Shown here: piece after piece, positions 36,644-44,789 of the stretch
Numbering within the stretch: position 1 is the first letter of the stretch
Layout of the letters: each line of letters starts with the position of its first letter
Source: an uncultured Parcubacteria group bacterium
Lineage (GTDB): Bacteria > Patescibacteriota > Minisyncoccia > UBA6257 > 2-01-FULL-56-20
Direction: 5' to 3'
Assembly (NCBI GenBank): GCA_903911245.1
Contig: CAIWCR010000010.1
Span: 1-59,659 of the forward strand
DNA: 59,659 nt
Position numbers and translations under genes: made by a program
The notes under the pieces: model-generated
Databases searched by the model: none
What the model was told of the DNA's origin: nothing
The model's input: the letters and a program-made list of their open reading frames with translations, nothing else

Positions 36644-36859
36644 TTATAAAATTCCAAGCTTCTTCTGTCGCTCAACTTCCTTCTTCTTCTCGTCGCGATG
36701 AATCGCGGTAAGCTTTCTCTTTGCGCGACTCGTAACACGCGTATAAAATTTCCTTCGGCGCATTTCGCGCAAAATACCGCTCCTCTTCACCCTTTTCGTA
36801 AAACTGAAAAGTAAGGAGTTTCCCGATTCGTTTTCCTTTTTTCGTACTTCAATAGCCAT
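36644..36859 (-). CDS. rpsU: 30S ribosomal protein S21
   Basis: MAIEVRKKENE..., FTKRVKRSGILREMRRRKFY and SRAKRKL. The start is at codon 17 of the tracked ORF. Confidence 0.85.
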   Translation of the reverse strand: MAIEVRKKENESGNSLLFSFTKRVKRSGILREMRRRKFYTRVTSRAKRKLTAIHRDEKKKEVERQKKLGIL

Positions 36860-36866
36860 GGGAGAA

Positions 36867-36872
36867 AGTATA
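36867..36872 (-). promoter_or_regulatory. -10 promoter (TATACT) 7 nt upstream of the rpsU ATG; leaderless geometry
   Basis: The minus strand reads GGTATACT-ttctccc-ATG, with the ATG at 36859-36857. Confidence 0.35.
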
Positions 36873-36954
36873 CCGCAAAAAGGTTTTTTGTCCAGCGCAA
36901 TCTGCAATCTCCAAACATTGCCCCGAGACCAACGCTTCCGTCCCTCGTTTTTCT

Positions 36955-37003
36955 TTAAAAAATAAAAAGCTCCGCAAGCGCGAAGCCTTTTGTTTGCGGA
37001 GCT
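36955..37003 (-). terminator. Rho-independent terminator after the small membrane ORF
   Basis: The minus strand reads AGCTCCGCAA (37003-36994) ... TTGCGGAGCT (36977-36968) followed by TTTTTATTTTTT. Confidence 0.6.
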
Positions 37004-37012
37004 GGTGGTGTT

Positions 37013-37231
37013 TTAGGGGAAGATAATCATTCCTGTAAAGGTGATCGATGCAACGACAATTAGTCCCTGCATCAAGAAAATCGGCATGTACGTAAATTTC
37101 TTCGTCAATATTCTTTCTGTTAATAATGAAAGAATAAATACAACGAATGCCGTACATAAGCCAATGCTTACATAGCCTATTTTTACTGCTGGCAATGCAC
37201 TTAGTAGCGTAAGTAAGCAAATAATGACCAT
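37013..37231 (-). CDS. small (about 72 aa) two-TM membrane protein
   Basis: MVIICLLTLLSALPAVKIGYVSIGLCTAFVVFILSLL..., with its own terminator. No homology is recognisable. Confidence 0.4.
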   Translation of the reverse strand: MVIICLLTLLSALPAVKIGYVSIGLCTAFVVFILSLLTERILTKKFTYMPIFLMQGLIVVASITFTGMIIFP

Positions 37232-37497
37232 TCTATATTTTTTCACTATCCAAATCTCCTTCTCCCTAATGCCAAAATATTTTTTATTTGCGAAAGGGAA
37301 TATGGGTACCATTTCAAAAACACATTTTACAAAATCTGTTAGTTGTCTGTTTTTAAATGGATTCTACACTCAGTTACTCAAATGCCCATATTTCCTTTCA
37401 CAAACTACTTATGATGAACTTTCGATAATATAGCATGTTTATAATACTTTGTCAAGCGGCTGGCACTACTCAGAAACCATCAAAAATATCCCCCTCC

Positions 37498-37641
37498 GTC
37501 ATCCTGGTGACGACCAGGATCCGTGCACCTCGTCGAAGACTCCTGGCACTCCGATTTTGTAACGCGCTTCGCGCTAACAAAATCTAGTCGCTTCCAATCT
37601 TAAAAAAAGAAAGCGTGGATCCCGGCCTCCGCCGGGATGAC
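37498..37641. repeat. MITE/REP-like palindromic element (GTCATCC-hairpin-GGATCC ... GGATCC-hairpin-GGATGAC)
   Basis: Left end GTCATCCTGGTGACGACCAGGATCC (37498-37522). Right end GGATCCCGGCCTCCGCCGGGATGAC (37617-37641), which is an inverted copy. An internal hairpin lies at about 37553-37585. Related copies are at 40138-40159 and 57465-57575. Confidence 0.5.
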
Positions 37642-37749
37642 AAAATTGAGACAATTTTATCGAATGGGAAACACGAAATTTTAAGATAGAGATTAATCCT
37701 AGATAAATTGCGAAAACGTGATTTTCCAGAATAACCTACGAAGCGCAGG

Positions 37750-38775
37750 TCATTTCCAGCCCTGATTCAAAACTTTCATTCCAACCTGATCCTGAGGCAC
37801 CTGAATAATACCACCCGGAGTCTGTTGTGGAACGCTTACTTGCGTCTTACGATATTCAACGGCGATATCGAAAAAATTCGAAAGATCAGTACTTTCAATA
37901 TATGCCGCCTTGTAGTCATGTCGATTCTGCACCGCATTCGCGCCAAGCTCGTTTTCCGGATTCCATGTTTTTCCAAACTCAAGTTCTTTGTCATATTCCG
38001 CGTAAAGATCTTTCATTATCTTCGCAAGCGCCGCATCCGCATTCACCACCGTCGTAAGTCCCAGGTCCTCTCTCGCCTCTTTGCGACCGATAAAATATTG
38101 GTGAGAATATAATTTTTCTGTAAAATAATCGACAATAGAATCAATCTCCTCCTCTTTTAAAGAAGTCTTATGACTCTTCAATAAACGTTTCGCAAGCATC
38201 CTAATAAGATTATGAATACGATTCACATTACCAAGCGCCAACGGATGAATCTGCGGATTCGCATCGATAAGTTTCAAAAAAACATGTGAAAGTTCCTCAT
38301 CGTTTTTGATATTGAATTTGTTTTTTGCAAGATCGAAATATGCCATCACGTCTTCGACAGAAATCGGAATTCTGTTTTGTGGATTTGTTGGATCGGTCGG
38401 ATTGAAAATATTTGCGGTCGACGGATCAATCGGTGAAAGCTCAGAAAGATCACTCATCACGATTTCATCCGCACCGAGGGCAATCATCGTTGCCGCACTA
38501 TGTGCCTTATATGGCACGAGTACCGAAAACTTATCGCAGTACTCGCGAATCATCGAAACCAAACGCCATGGCACCATCGTGTCACCGCCCGTACTATATA
38601 AGAAGAAATCAATATTCTGCGTTTTTCCGATCGTCTGAAGCTGGTTGCTTATATAAGGAATAATATCCGGCGCAATACGCGCGCTAAACGGCCCTTGTCG
38701 ATCGCTTGTAAGGTATGTAATCACTCGCGAAGTCCTCGTTTTTTCGATTTGTTGAATGAGTTGTTTTTTATCCAT
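37750..38775 (-). CDS. SDH-family Clp-fold serine protease (SppA/ClpP-like)
   Basis: LYSTGGDTMVPWRLVSMIREYCDKFSVLVPYKAHSAATMIALGADEIVM...SPIDP matches the serine dehydrogenase proteinase (SDH_sah) family as I recall it. Confidence 0.6.
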   Translation of the reverse strand: MDKKQLIQQIEKTRTSRVITYLTSDRQGPFSARIAPDIIPYISNQLQTIGKTQNIDFFLYSTGGDTMVPWRLVSMIREYCDKFSVLVPYKAHSAATMIALGADEIVMSDLSELSPIDPSTANIFNPTDPTNPQNRIPISVEDVMAYFDLAKNKFNIKNDEELSHVFLKLIDANPQIHPLALGNVNRIHNLIRMLAKRLLKSHKTSLKEEEIDSIVDYFTEKLYSHQYFIGRKEAREDLGLTTVVNADAALAKIMKDLYAEYDKELEFGKTWNPENELGANAVQNRHDYKAAYIESTDLSNFFDIAVEYRKTQVSVPQQTPGGIIQVPQDQVGMKVLNQGWK

Positions 38776-38883
38776 AATCTATGTTTATCACAATTCTGAA
38801 AGATTTTAAAGCGGTGACGCTTATAGTGACCTCTCTCTTCGCTTGCCTATGGCGAGCCACGAAGGATTATTTTTTTATTTTAC

Positions 38884-38932
38884 AAAATAAAAAAATAAAA
38901 GGGGCCGTCCGTCCTAAAAGGACAAACGGCCC
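38884..38932 (-). terminator. strong Rho-independent terminator
   Basis: The minus strand reads GGGCCGTttGTCCTtttAGGACggACGGCCC followed by CTTTTATTTTTTTATTTTG. Confidence 0.7.
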
Positions 38933-38939
38933 AAATACT

Positions 38940-39338
38940 TTAATGTGGACAAAAGAAGGTCACTGATCCTAAGTTTGATTGAGCTCGATATATTTCTCCG
39001 GCTGTATACGCCATTTGATCACCATCCATACCAATGATCGAAGAAAGACTTTTACATTCCCGACTCAATTTGTCACCAGGAAGGTCACAATGGAGATAGC
39101 TCGATGATACAAACCGTTCGGGATGCGTAATACACATCGAAAGTGCCCCAACTGAATGCGCGCCAAATTCATTATAGCTAAAATCCAAACGCGTCTGTCG
39201 CACCGCATAACCCCGATACAACAAACCAAACTGGGCGCCGACAATAAGAATCTTGTTTCCGCCCTGCTTGATTGAAAGCTTTTCCAGTGCCTTCTCCGTT
39301 CGCGGATCAAGATGAAGACTGTCACACGTCTTACCCAA
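38940..39338 (-). CDS. hypothetical protein
   Basis: 132-aa ORF followed immediately by a strong terminator. No recognisable motif. Confidence 0.45.
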   Translation of the reverse strand: MGKTCDSLHLDPRTEKALEKLSIKQGGNKILIVGAQFGLLYRGYAVRQTRLDFSYNEFGAHSVGALSMCITHPERFVSSSYLHCDLPGDKLSRECKSLSSIIGMDGDQMAYTAGEIYRAQSNLGSVTFFCPH

Positions 39339-39396
39339 ACACTGTCTTGATTATGTGGTTTCCAACTTTTCATAATTTTGATAGAATAATACCATT

Positions 39397-40047
39397 ATGG
39401 ATCTTAAAAAAATACTTATCGTCTTTGCCAGCATCGCGGCGATTCTTGGTGTCGCAGCAATCTTCGTCGTTTTTTATAATCCGAACATCTCTGTAATTCC
39501 CGGCAACACCACATCGTCATCTCTTTTTTCAGTTATGAAAAATAATGTAAGTAGTACCATAAAAGGAATTGGCAATGCCTTTTCCGGAAATCAATCTTCA
39601 ACGACGGCCACGGAAAATCAATCAACTACCGCAGCCATCACGCAATTCTCAAATACCTATGCATGGCCCTATCCCCTACAATGGACCGAAGGAGAATCGA
39701 CGCTTGTGATTACCAGCGCCGCCATTCAAGAAAATAAACTTACGCTTGGAGTCGTAGTACATATCGGAAATACATCGGAATGCGTTCCGGCAAATATCGG
39801 TCTCGTAATCGATGAATCGGGCAATCTTGGAACTCCAACGCCATCGCAGTTTTCTTTCCCAGATACGAACAGCTGTAACGGAACTGCAAATATGACCTAT
39901 GATCCGCAAATCATTTCTTTTACACTGGATAATACCATTACTCCCCCGCTCCTTCTCACAACCGGTGGCGCATCAAATATTTTCTTTGAAATTGCAACAA
40001 CAACCAGTGGCGGCATAAATATTTCTCTGCCGGCAACAACCGACTAG
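39397..40047 (+). CDS. secreted or membrane-anchored hypothetical protein
   Basis: N-terminal TM/signal anchor (ILIVFASIAAILGVAAIFVVF), a Ser/Thr-rich linker, then a beta-rich-looking domain. Confidence 0.5.
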   Translation: MDLKKILIVFASIAAILGVAAIFVVFYNPNISVIPGNTTSSSLFSVMKNNVSSTIKGIGNAFSGNQSSTTATENQSTTAAITQFSNTYAWPYPLQWTEGESTLVITSAAIQENKLTLGVVVHIGNTSECVPANIGLVIDESGNLGTPTPSQFSFPDTNSCNGTANMTYDPQIISFTLDNTITPPLLLTTGGASNIFFEIATTTSGGINISLPATTD

Positions 40048-40137
40048 ATTTTCTTAACGACTGGGATTTCTTAGTGAGGCACGAGCTTAGAAATCCGAAA
40101 TGCCCGTGGTGCGACGAAAGAGCTTAGAAAATCAGTC

Positions 40138-40159
40138 GTCCCGGCGGAGGCCGGGATCC
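40138..40159. repeat. solo copy of the GTC(A/G)TCC-hairpin-GGATCC palindromic unit
   Basis: GTCGTCCCGGCGGAGGCCGGGATCC, about 100 nt upstream of tRNA-Asn. It is the same unit as the ends of the 37.5 kb and 57.5 kb elements. Confidence 0.45.
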
Positions 40160-40258
40160 ATACTTCCAGTCTTTGTATTCTCTTTTTCTGCCTCTTTCGC
40201 CTCTTTCGCCTCTTTCACACTTGCCGACAAAAAAAAGATGCGCTATCATTTCAAAGAT

Positions 40259-40333
40259 TCCGCGATAGCTCAATGGTAGAGCGGCGCCCTGTTAAGGCGA
40301 TGGTTCCTGGTTCGAGTCCAGGTCGCGGAGCCA
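40259..40333 (+). tRNA. tRNA-Asn (anticodon GUU), with encoded CCA
   Basis: TCCGCGA-TA-GCTC-AATGGTA-GAGC-G-GCGCC-CTGTTAA-GGCGA-TGGTT-CCTGG-TTCGAGT-CCAGG-TCGCGGA-G-CCA. There is one G:A mismatch at the top of the anticodon stem. Confidence 0.85.
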
Positions 40334-41926
40334 TATGGGATGAGCAGAGCCAAAAGCTCTGCTTTTCTCTTTATCTACGGGCTCTTTTGGCGGTTCGAAA
40401 GTATTTTTATCGGTGTTTTTCTCGGATAAGGCTTCATTTACGGTGCCGAGTATGAGATCAAAGGGTTTTTGGTATGAAATCTCGATATTCTTTCCGTTTA
40501 TCTTTGGGTTCGAAAATAAAAATGAGAATAGCATTCGTTTCTGTTCGACTGTTCGTCTTGGGTTCAAATAAATCTCCCTAGCTTGTTTTGCGATCTCAAG
40601 CACTGTTACGCCCATCTCAAAATATTTAAGGCTGGCGTTACGATGTTTATTCAAACTATCAAGTACGCAGTCCTGCTCTTTCTTGTATTGCTCGAGTTTT
40701 TTGTTGTAAAACTCGGCACTGATCCGGCAATCGATCTTATCGTCATAAAGTTTATCTATTCGTTGAGTCGCTATCTGATATTGTCGTTCGAGTTCGGCCG
40801 AGGACTTTTCTCTAAAAGCTATTTCATCGGCATGACCCTCTTTTAAAGCTTCCTGAAGCCACGAGAGCATGCGTTCTACCCGTTCGTCTTTATGAGTTAC
40901 AGCCATTATGGAGTCGGCTATTTGAATATCTATATTCTCTTGTTTAACCCAATCTCGTTGCGAGCAGTTCTTATAATGGTTGCAGTGGCCATACCAGTGA
41001 CCTTTTTGTATCTCCCACGTTATCGTGCCTCCGCATTCGCTACAGCGGAATACGCTTTTAAATAGCGAATTGTGTTTACGTGCTCTCGGTGCCCCATAGC
41101 TATGCAGTTTATCTTGCACTTGCTGGAATAGTTCTTTAGTTATAAGCGGTTCGTGATTGCCTTTGGTGATCTGATTTTTCCACCGGTTCATTCCGTAATA
41201 AAATGGATCGCCGATAAGCTGATGAATTCTGGCGTGGCTTACTTTGTGATCAGTTCGGGACCGGAGGCCTTTGTCGTACATCGTATTACAGAGGGTCTTG
41301 GTTGAATGTTGGCCTGAGGCATAAAGCTCAAACATCTTTTTTATAAGCGGTGCTTTTTCCTCATCCGGTACGTGAATTTTGTGTCCCTTGTCACCGATTG
41401 TTTTATATCCAAGCGGTGGCTTGGTCGGAAGCCAGCCTTGCGATAGCTTTTCTTTTTGTCCCTTCTTTACGTTTTCAGAAAGGAGTCGGATGTAGTATTC
41501 GGCCGTGGCTACTTTTACTCGCCACATAAACCATTCGTGTGATTTAGAGTCTTTATGAAGTGTACAGCTTTCTTTGACCAGATGAATGGTATGCCTTTCA
41601 TCGGCTAGTATCCATTCATCGATTACCGGCACGTCAGAAAAGTTACGGGTTAAACGGTCTGTAGTTTCCACGAAGACCGTATTGATTTTGGCCTTGGTCA
41701 CGTATTCCATCATTTCGTGGAATATTTTTCTTTGGATTTTTCCGGCCGCCGATTCTTGAATGGCAAAAACTTTTACAAGCTCATAGCCGTTTCGATCGGC
41801 GAAGTCCCGCAAAAGTTTCTCTTGAGCTGGCAGTGAGTAGCCAGTGTCCTCTTGATCTTTGGAGGAGACACGGGCATATCCTACGGCTCGCATCGATTCA
41901 TTTTCGTTTTGCATTGTCATAGTCAT
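40292..41926 (-). CDS. large serine recombinase (integrase)
   Basis: Resolvase catalytic N-terminus AVGYARVSSKDQ, a recombinase domain, a zinc ribbon (CSECGGT...HCNHYKNC) and a coiled coil. The last 14 codons are antisense to tRNA-Asn. Confidence 0.9.
   Translation of the reverse strand: MTMTMQNENESMRAVGYARVSSKDQEDTGYSLPAQEKLLRDFADRNGYELVKVFAIQESAAGKIQRKIFHEMMEYVTKAKINTVFVETTDRLTRNFSDVPVIDEWILADERHTIHLVKESCTLHKDSKSHEWFMWRVKVATAEYYIRLLSENVKKGQKEKLSQGWLPTKPPLGYKTIGDKGHKIHVPDEEKAPLIKKMFELYASGQHSTKTLCNTMYDKGLRSRTDHKVSHARIHQLIGDPFYYGMNRWKNQITKGNHEPLITKELFQQVQDKLHSYGAPRARKHNSLFKSVFRCSECGGTITWEIQKGHWYGHCNHYKNCSQRDWVKQENIDIQIADSIMAVTHKDERVERMLSWLQEALKEGHADEIAFREKSSAELERQYQIATQRIDKLYDDKIDCRISAEFYNKKLEQYKKEQDCVLDSLNKHRNASLKYFEMGVTVLEIAKQAREIYLNPRRTVEQKRMLFSFLFSNPKINGKNIEISYQKPFDLILGTVNEALSEKNTDKNTFEPPKEPVDKEKSRAFGSAHPIWLRDLDSNQEPSP
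40343..40372 (+). terminator. terminator hairpin after tRNA-Asn (antisense to the recombinase 3' end)
   Basis: AGCAGAGC-caaaa-GCTCTGCT followed by TTTCTCTTT. Confidence 0.5.
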
Positions 41927-41986
41927 ATTTATTGTTAATTTTTATAAGGTTCGAAATCGACTTTTGGTCTCAAGACACAACATACG

Positions 41987-42460
41987 CTAATTTTTCGAAC
42001 AAGCTAAGCTCGAGTTGCCCACAGTGGATTTCTGTTGTCTTTTCCTAGCACTTTCCAGTATTCTCGCAATACTGTCGCTATCTCGCCGATAATCGGCGTT
42101 ATCGTAAGGATCATCACTGCCCATGGTTCTTACTGGACCCAGTACATAATCCAAAATAGCTTTAACAGCTCTGAATTTCATGACATCGCTTTTGGCACCC
42201 ATAAGCGAGACCAGAATATTGGCCGCAATTACCGAATGTCTCGCCAGCACGGTATCAGTCTCTTTATCGCGTACACGGTTTCTTTCTTTTTCGTATTGGT
42301 CGTATTCCTCTTTGAGTAAACCGTCAGACCTAAACCACCGTTTTACACTGACATGCGACACTTTAAGCATTCGAGCGATCTCCAAATAAGTAAAATCGCT
42401 ATATTTTAAGCGGATTGCATTCTGATATTTTTCGTTTTTTATATCTACATTTTTAGCCAT
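41987..42460 (-). CDS. HTH DNA-binding protein (element regulator or terminase-small-like)
   Basis: FTYLEIARMLKVSHVSVKRWF helix-turn-helix near the N-terminus. Confidence 0.45.
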   Translation of the reverse strand: MAKNVDIKNEKYQNAIRLKYSDFTYLEIARMLKVSHVSVKRWFRSDGLLKEEYDQYEKERNRVRDKETDTVLARHSVIAANILVSLMGAKSDVMKFRAVKAILDYVLGPVRTMGSDDPYDNADYRRDSDSIARILESARKRQQKSTVGNSSLACSKN

Positions 42461-42547
42461 TTGGGTATCATTTAGTATCTTTTAACGCTTATTTATTTCC
42501 TGTTTTTTGCTCAATTCGTTGCCGTTTACTGCGGTTTCCCATATTTA

Positions 42548-43126
42548 TTAACGTCTTGAATTATCTTTAAGGGTCATCTTTGCAATCAGTCCGGCTTTCA
42601 TCTCGTTTAATTTCTTGATTTGGTTTTGGCCGTTAATTTCTTTATAATTTTCTTTAATTTCTTTTAAACCCTTAACTTCTATATCATCGCCGTCGTATGC
42701 GGTCTGCTTACCTTGCCGTCCGGCTTTTGATGTAGATTGGTTTCCGTTCTGCGTCAGATGTAGGACGGACAGCAAAGTGATCCCTCGGGGCTTGAACTTG
42801 GCGTCCTCGCCCCGGGTTTTAGTGATCGCTATAAATGTCCATTCTTCGAGCTTGTCCAAGCATTTTTTAATCGTCCGCCAATCTTTTAGGCCAGAGTAAA
42901 TCCGAAGCGTCTTATTGGATGCTTCTATGGTTTGACTGGCCTTGTTTGAGGCAATCTCAGTCAGGGCACAATACACATTTCTCAGATTGCGATATGCGTC
43001 ATCGCTCACATACTTATCAATCCATTGCTGTCGCATGTACCGCAAAGCCGGCTTATCTTGATAAGCGAACGGTGCTTCTCGGTAATCTCGGACCTTATGC
43101 TTTTTGTCGTTCTGGTTCATAGTCAT
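42548..43126 (-). CDS. hypothetical protein (possible wHTH replication/initiator-like)
   Basis: 192-aa ORF in the element's minus-strand gene string. No firm motif. Confidence 0.4.
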   Translation of the reverse strand: MTMNQNDKKHKVRDYREAPFAYQDKPALRYMRQQWIDKYVSDDAYRNLRNVYCALTEIASNKASQTIEASNKTLRIYSGLKDWRTIKKCLDKLEEWTFIAITKTRGEDAKFKPRGITLLSVLHLTQNGNQSTSKAGRQGKQTAYDGDDIEVKGLKEIKENYKEINGQNQIKKLNEMKAGLIAKMTLKDNSRR

Positions 43127-43304
43127 GTTGCACTATTGGCACTTCAGCTTTTTCGTTATCCTCGCAGTAGCACTGCAATAGCGTGTCGTAATAACCGAGA
43201 AGATTAAAAGCGACCTCATGTAATTCCTGATCGCTTACTTCTTGGCCAAAGTCCTCTTTAAGAATCACGCGGAGTTTCTCCAGCGTTTCTGGTTTTAATT
43301 TCAC
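43095..43304 (-). CDS. small hypothetical protein
   Basis: 69 aa. It overlaps the downstream ORF start by 32 nt and sits in the same gene string. Confidence 0.35.
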   Translation of the reverse strand: MKLKPETLEKLRVILKEDFGQEVSDQELHEVAFNLLGYYDTLLQCYCEDNEKAEVPIVQHDYEPERQKA

Positions 43305-43309
43305 AGGTC

Positions 43310-43552
43310 TTAGTTCTCGGCATAAATCCGTACTTTGACCTGTTTAATCTGATTGAAGAAGGCTTGGGGTTCGACTTGAAGTTCACGACTCCAATATCGC
43401 TTCACCAGAGAATCCAGTTCCGGGCTCTTGCCGAAGCAAAAGAGCACCTTGTACGGATTTCCTCGATCCACGACCTCAAGAGAATCAGGAATGAATAATA
43501 AAAGCACCGCAACCAATGCCAGGTCAGCGGTTTTATAAAATTGATTGTCCAT
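43310..43552 (-). CDS. small hypothetical protein
   Basis: 80 aa. Its stop lies 5 nt upstream of the next ORF start. Confidence 0.4.
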   Translation of the reverse strand: MDNQFYKTADLALVAVLLLFIPDSLEVVDRGNPYKVLFCFGKSPELDSLVKRYWSRELQVEPQAFFNQIKQVKVRIYAEN

Positions 43553-43652
43553 ATGTTGGCATTTTCATAATCATTAACTATTTCCTCTCACACATATTCA
43601 GTTTGCCAGTTGGTGTCTGTCTCTTGGAATAATGTTCGGGTGTAGTTAGACA

Positions 43653-43679
43653 ACAAAAAAGAGCCCTATTTCAGGCTCT
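43653..43679 (-). terminator. Rho-independent terminator
   Basis: The minus strand reads AGAGCC-tgaaatag-GGCTCT followed by TTTTTTG. It is nested inside the 10-bp inverted repeat GGTGTAGTTA/TAACTACACC. Confidence 0.55.
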
Positions 43680-43713
43680 CTTATCGAAGTTATTAACTAC
43701 ACCGACTATTACG

Positions 43714-44406
43714 CTACAGTATTTTTATTTTGTACTGCGGATTCAGCTTGTAGCCACTGCCATCTCGACCGCAAATCAAATCTGATATGCCGATTCGATC
43801 ATTGGTTTTCCTATTTATTTCCAATTTGGAATTTCTGATAGCTTGATTGGTGGTGCCGACCATTTCGGCCAGCTCGGCCGTCTTGATATAGCCCTTGGCC
43901 GAGCATAAAACTTTTATCAGTTTCTCTCGCATTTTCTCTTTACTCATCGGGTAACATTTTTTATTGTCTGAATCTAAATAAAGATCACCGTCCGGAGACA
44001 AACAGAGTAGCGTTTGTTTTGCTTTATTCACTTTCTGTTTGGACCGTATCTTTTGGCTTTGTTCGTAAAAACCTTTAGCCATTTCTCTGCCGATTTGAAC
44101 AAGATCTCGCTTGCTTAATTCTTGCAGTTCGTTTTTTAAACCAGCGATTGTCTTGTCGGTTTCTTTTTTGTAATTATCAAATTTAGCCTCGGTTTTGTTT
44201 AATCTATCTTTTAATTCGGTAAATTCGGCACTGTATTTATTTACAATCTCGTCCGGATTCTGAACGCCATTATTTTGTAGTGCTGTTCTTGCGGTGTCCT
44301 TTATGACACCCATTGAAAAATGGTAAACGGGACCGACTCCCACAGTCCGTTTTATGTTGAATTTATGTTTGGTGGCCAAAGAGGCCTTTTTCATTTTCAT
44401 AATCAT
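43714..44406 (-). CDS. coiled-coil protein with a C-terminal HTH
   Basis: A central K/E-rich coiled coil, then a C-terminal TAELAEMVGTTNQAIRNSKLEINRK helix-turn-helix. Confidence 0.45.
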   Translation of the reverse strand: MIMKMKKASLATKHKFNIKRTVGVGPVYHFSMGVIKDTARTALQNNGVQNPDEIVNKYSAEFTELKDRLNKTEAKFDNYKKETDKTIAGLKNELQELSKRDLVQIGREMAKGFYEQSQKIRSKQKVNKAKQTLLCLSPDGDLYLDSDNKKCYPMSKEKMREKLIKVLCSAKGYIKTAELAEMVGTTNQAIRNSKLEINRKTNDRIGISDLICGRDGSGYKLNPQYKIKIL

Positions 44407-44591
44407 ATTTTTTAGTGAATTGAACCCATTTTATGCCCTCCATTCACTAATCTTTGGATGCTTGCGGACATAATCGCATATAGTTGGTTATATCGATCAA
44501 TTGAGTCCACAAGTGTATTATGACAAAAGACGGCGATTTTGACAATGAAAAGCAGAAGGGGTAAAATGATACCAACGACTAATATAATTTT

Positions 44592-44786
44592 ATGAACGAA
44601 ATTGAAAAACTTTTCACGATAGAGGAAATTGCCAAAATTTTGAGAGTACATACTCGTACCGTTACCCGCTATATTGAGTCGGGCAGATTAAAAGCATCCA
44701 AGCTTGGTGTTTGGCGGATTAAGCAATCCGATCTCAATGCTTTTTTGGATGAAACGAGTAATGTAAAAAATAAAAAGAAGAATTAG
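44592..44786 (+). CDS. excisionase-family (MerR-like) HTH protein; possibly Xis and/or the R-M controller
   Basis: FTIEEIAKILRVHTRTVTRYIESGRLKASKLGVWRIKQSDLNAFL matches the excisionase-family DNA-binding domain. Its stop is 3 nt before the first methyltransferase gene. Confidence 0.7.
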   Translation: MNEIEKLFTIEEIAKILRVHTRTVTRYIESGRLKASKLGVWRIKQSDLNAFLDETSNVKNKKKN

Positions 44787-44789
44787 ATT

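Noticed and set aside
40191-40217. Three tandem 9-mers (CCTCTTTCG/CCTCTTTCG/CCTCTTTCA) upstream of tRNA-Asn, considered as a possible CRISPR array or iteron.
   Set aside because: There are no spacers, only 27 bp in total and no cas genes. It is a simple microsatellite-like repeat, and there is no CRISPR array anywhere in the window.
44412-44651. A 79-aa minus-strand ORF upstream of the 230-aa HTH gene.
   Set aside because: Its 5' 60 nt overlap the well-supported Xis-like HTH gene on the opposite strand, and it has no motif. It may be a shorter real membrane peptide, but I cannot support it.
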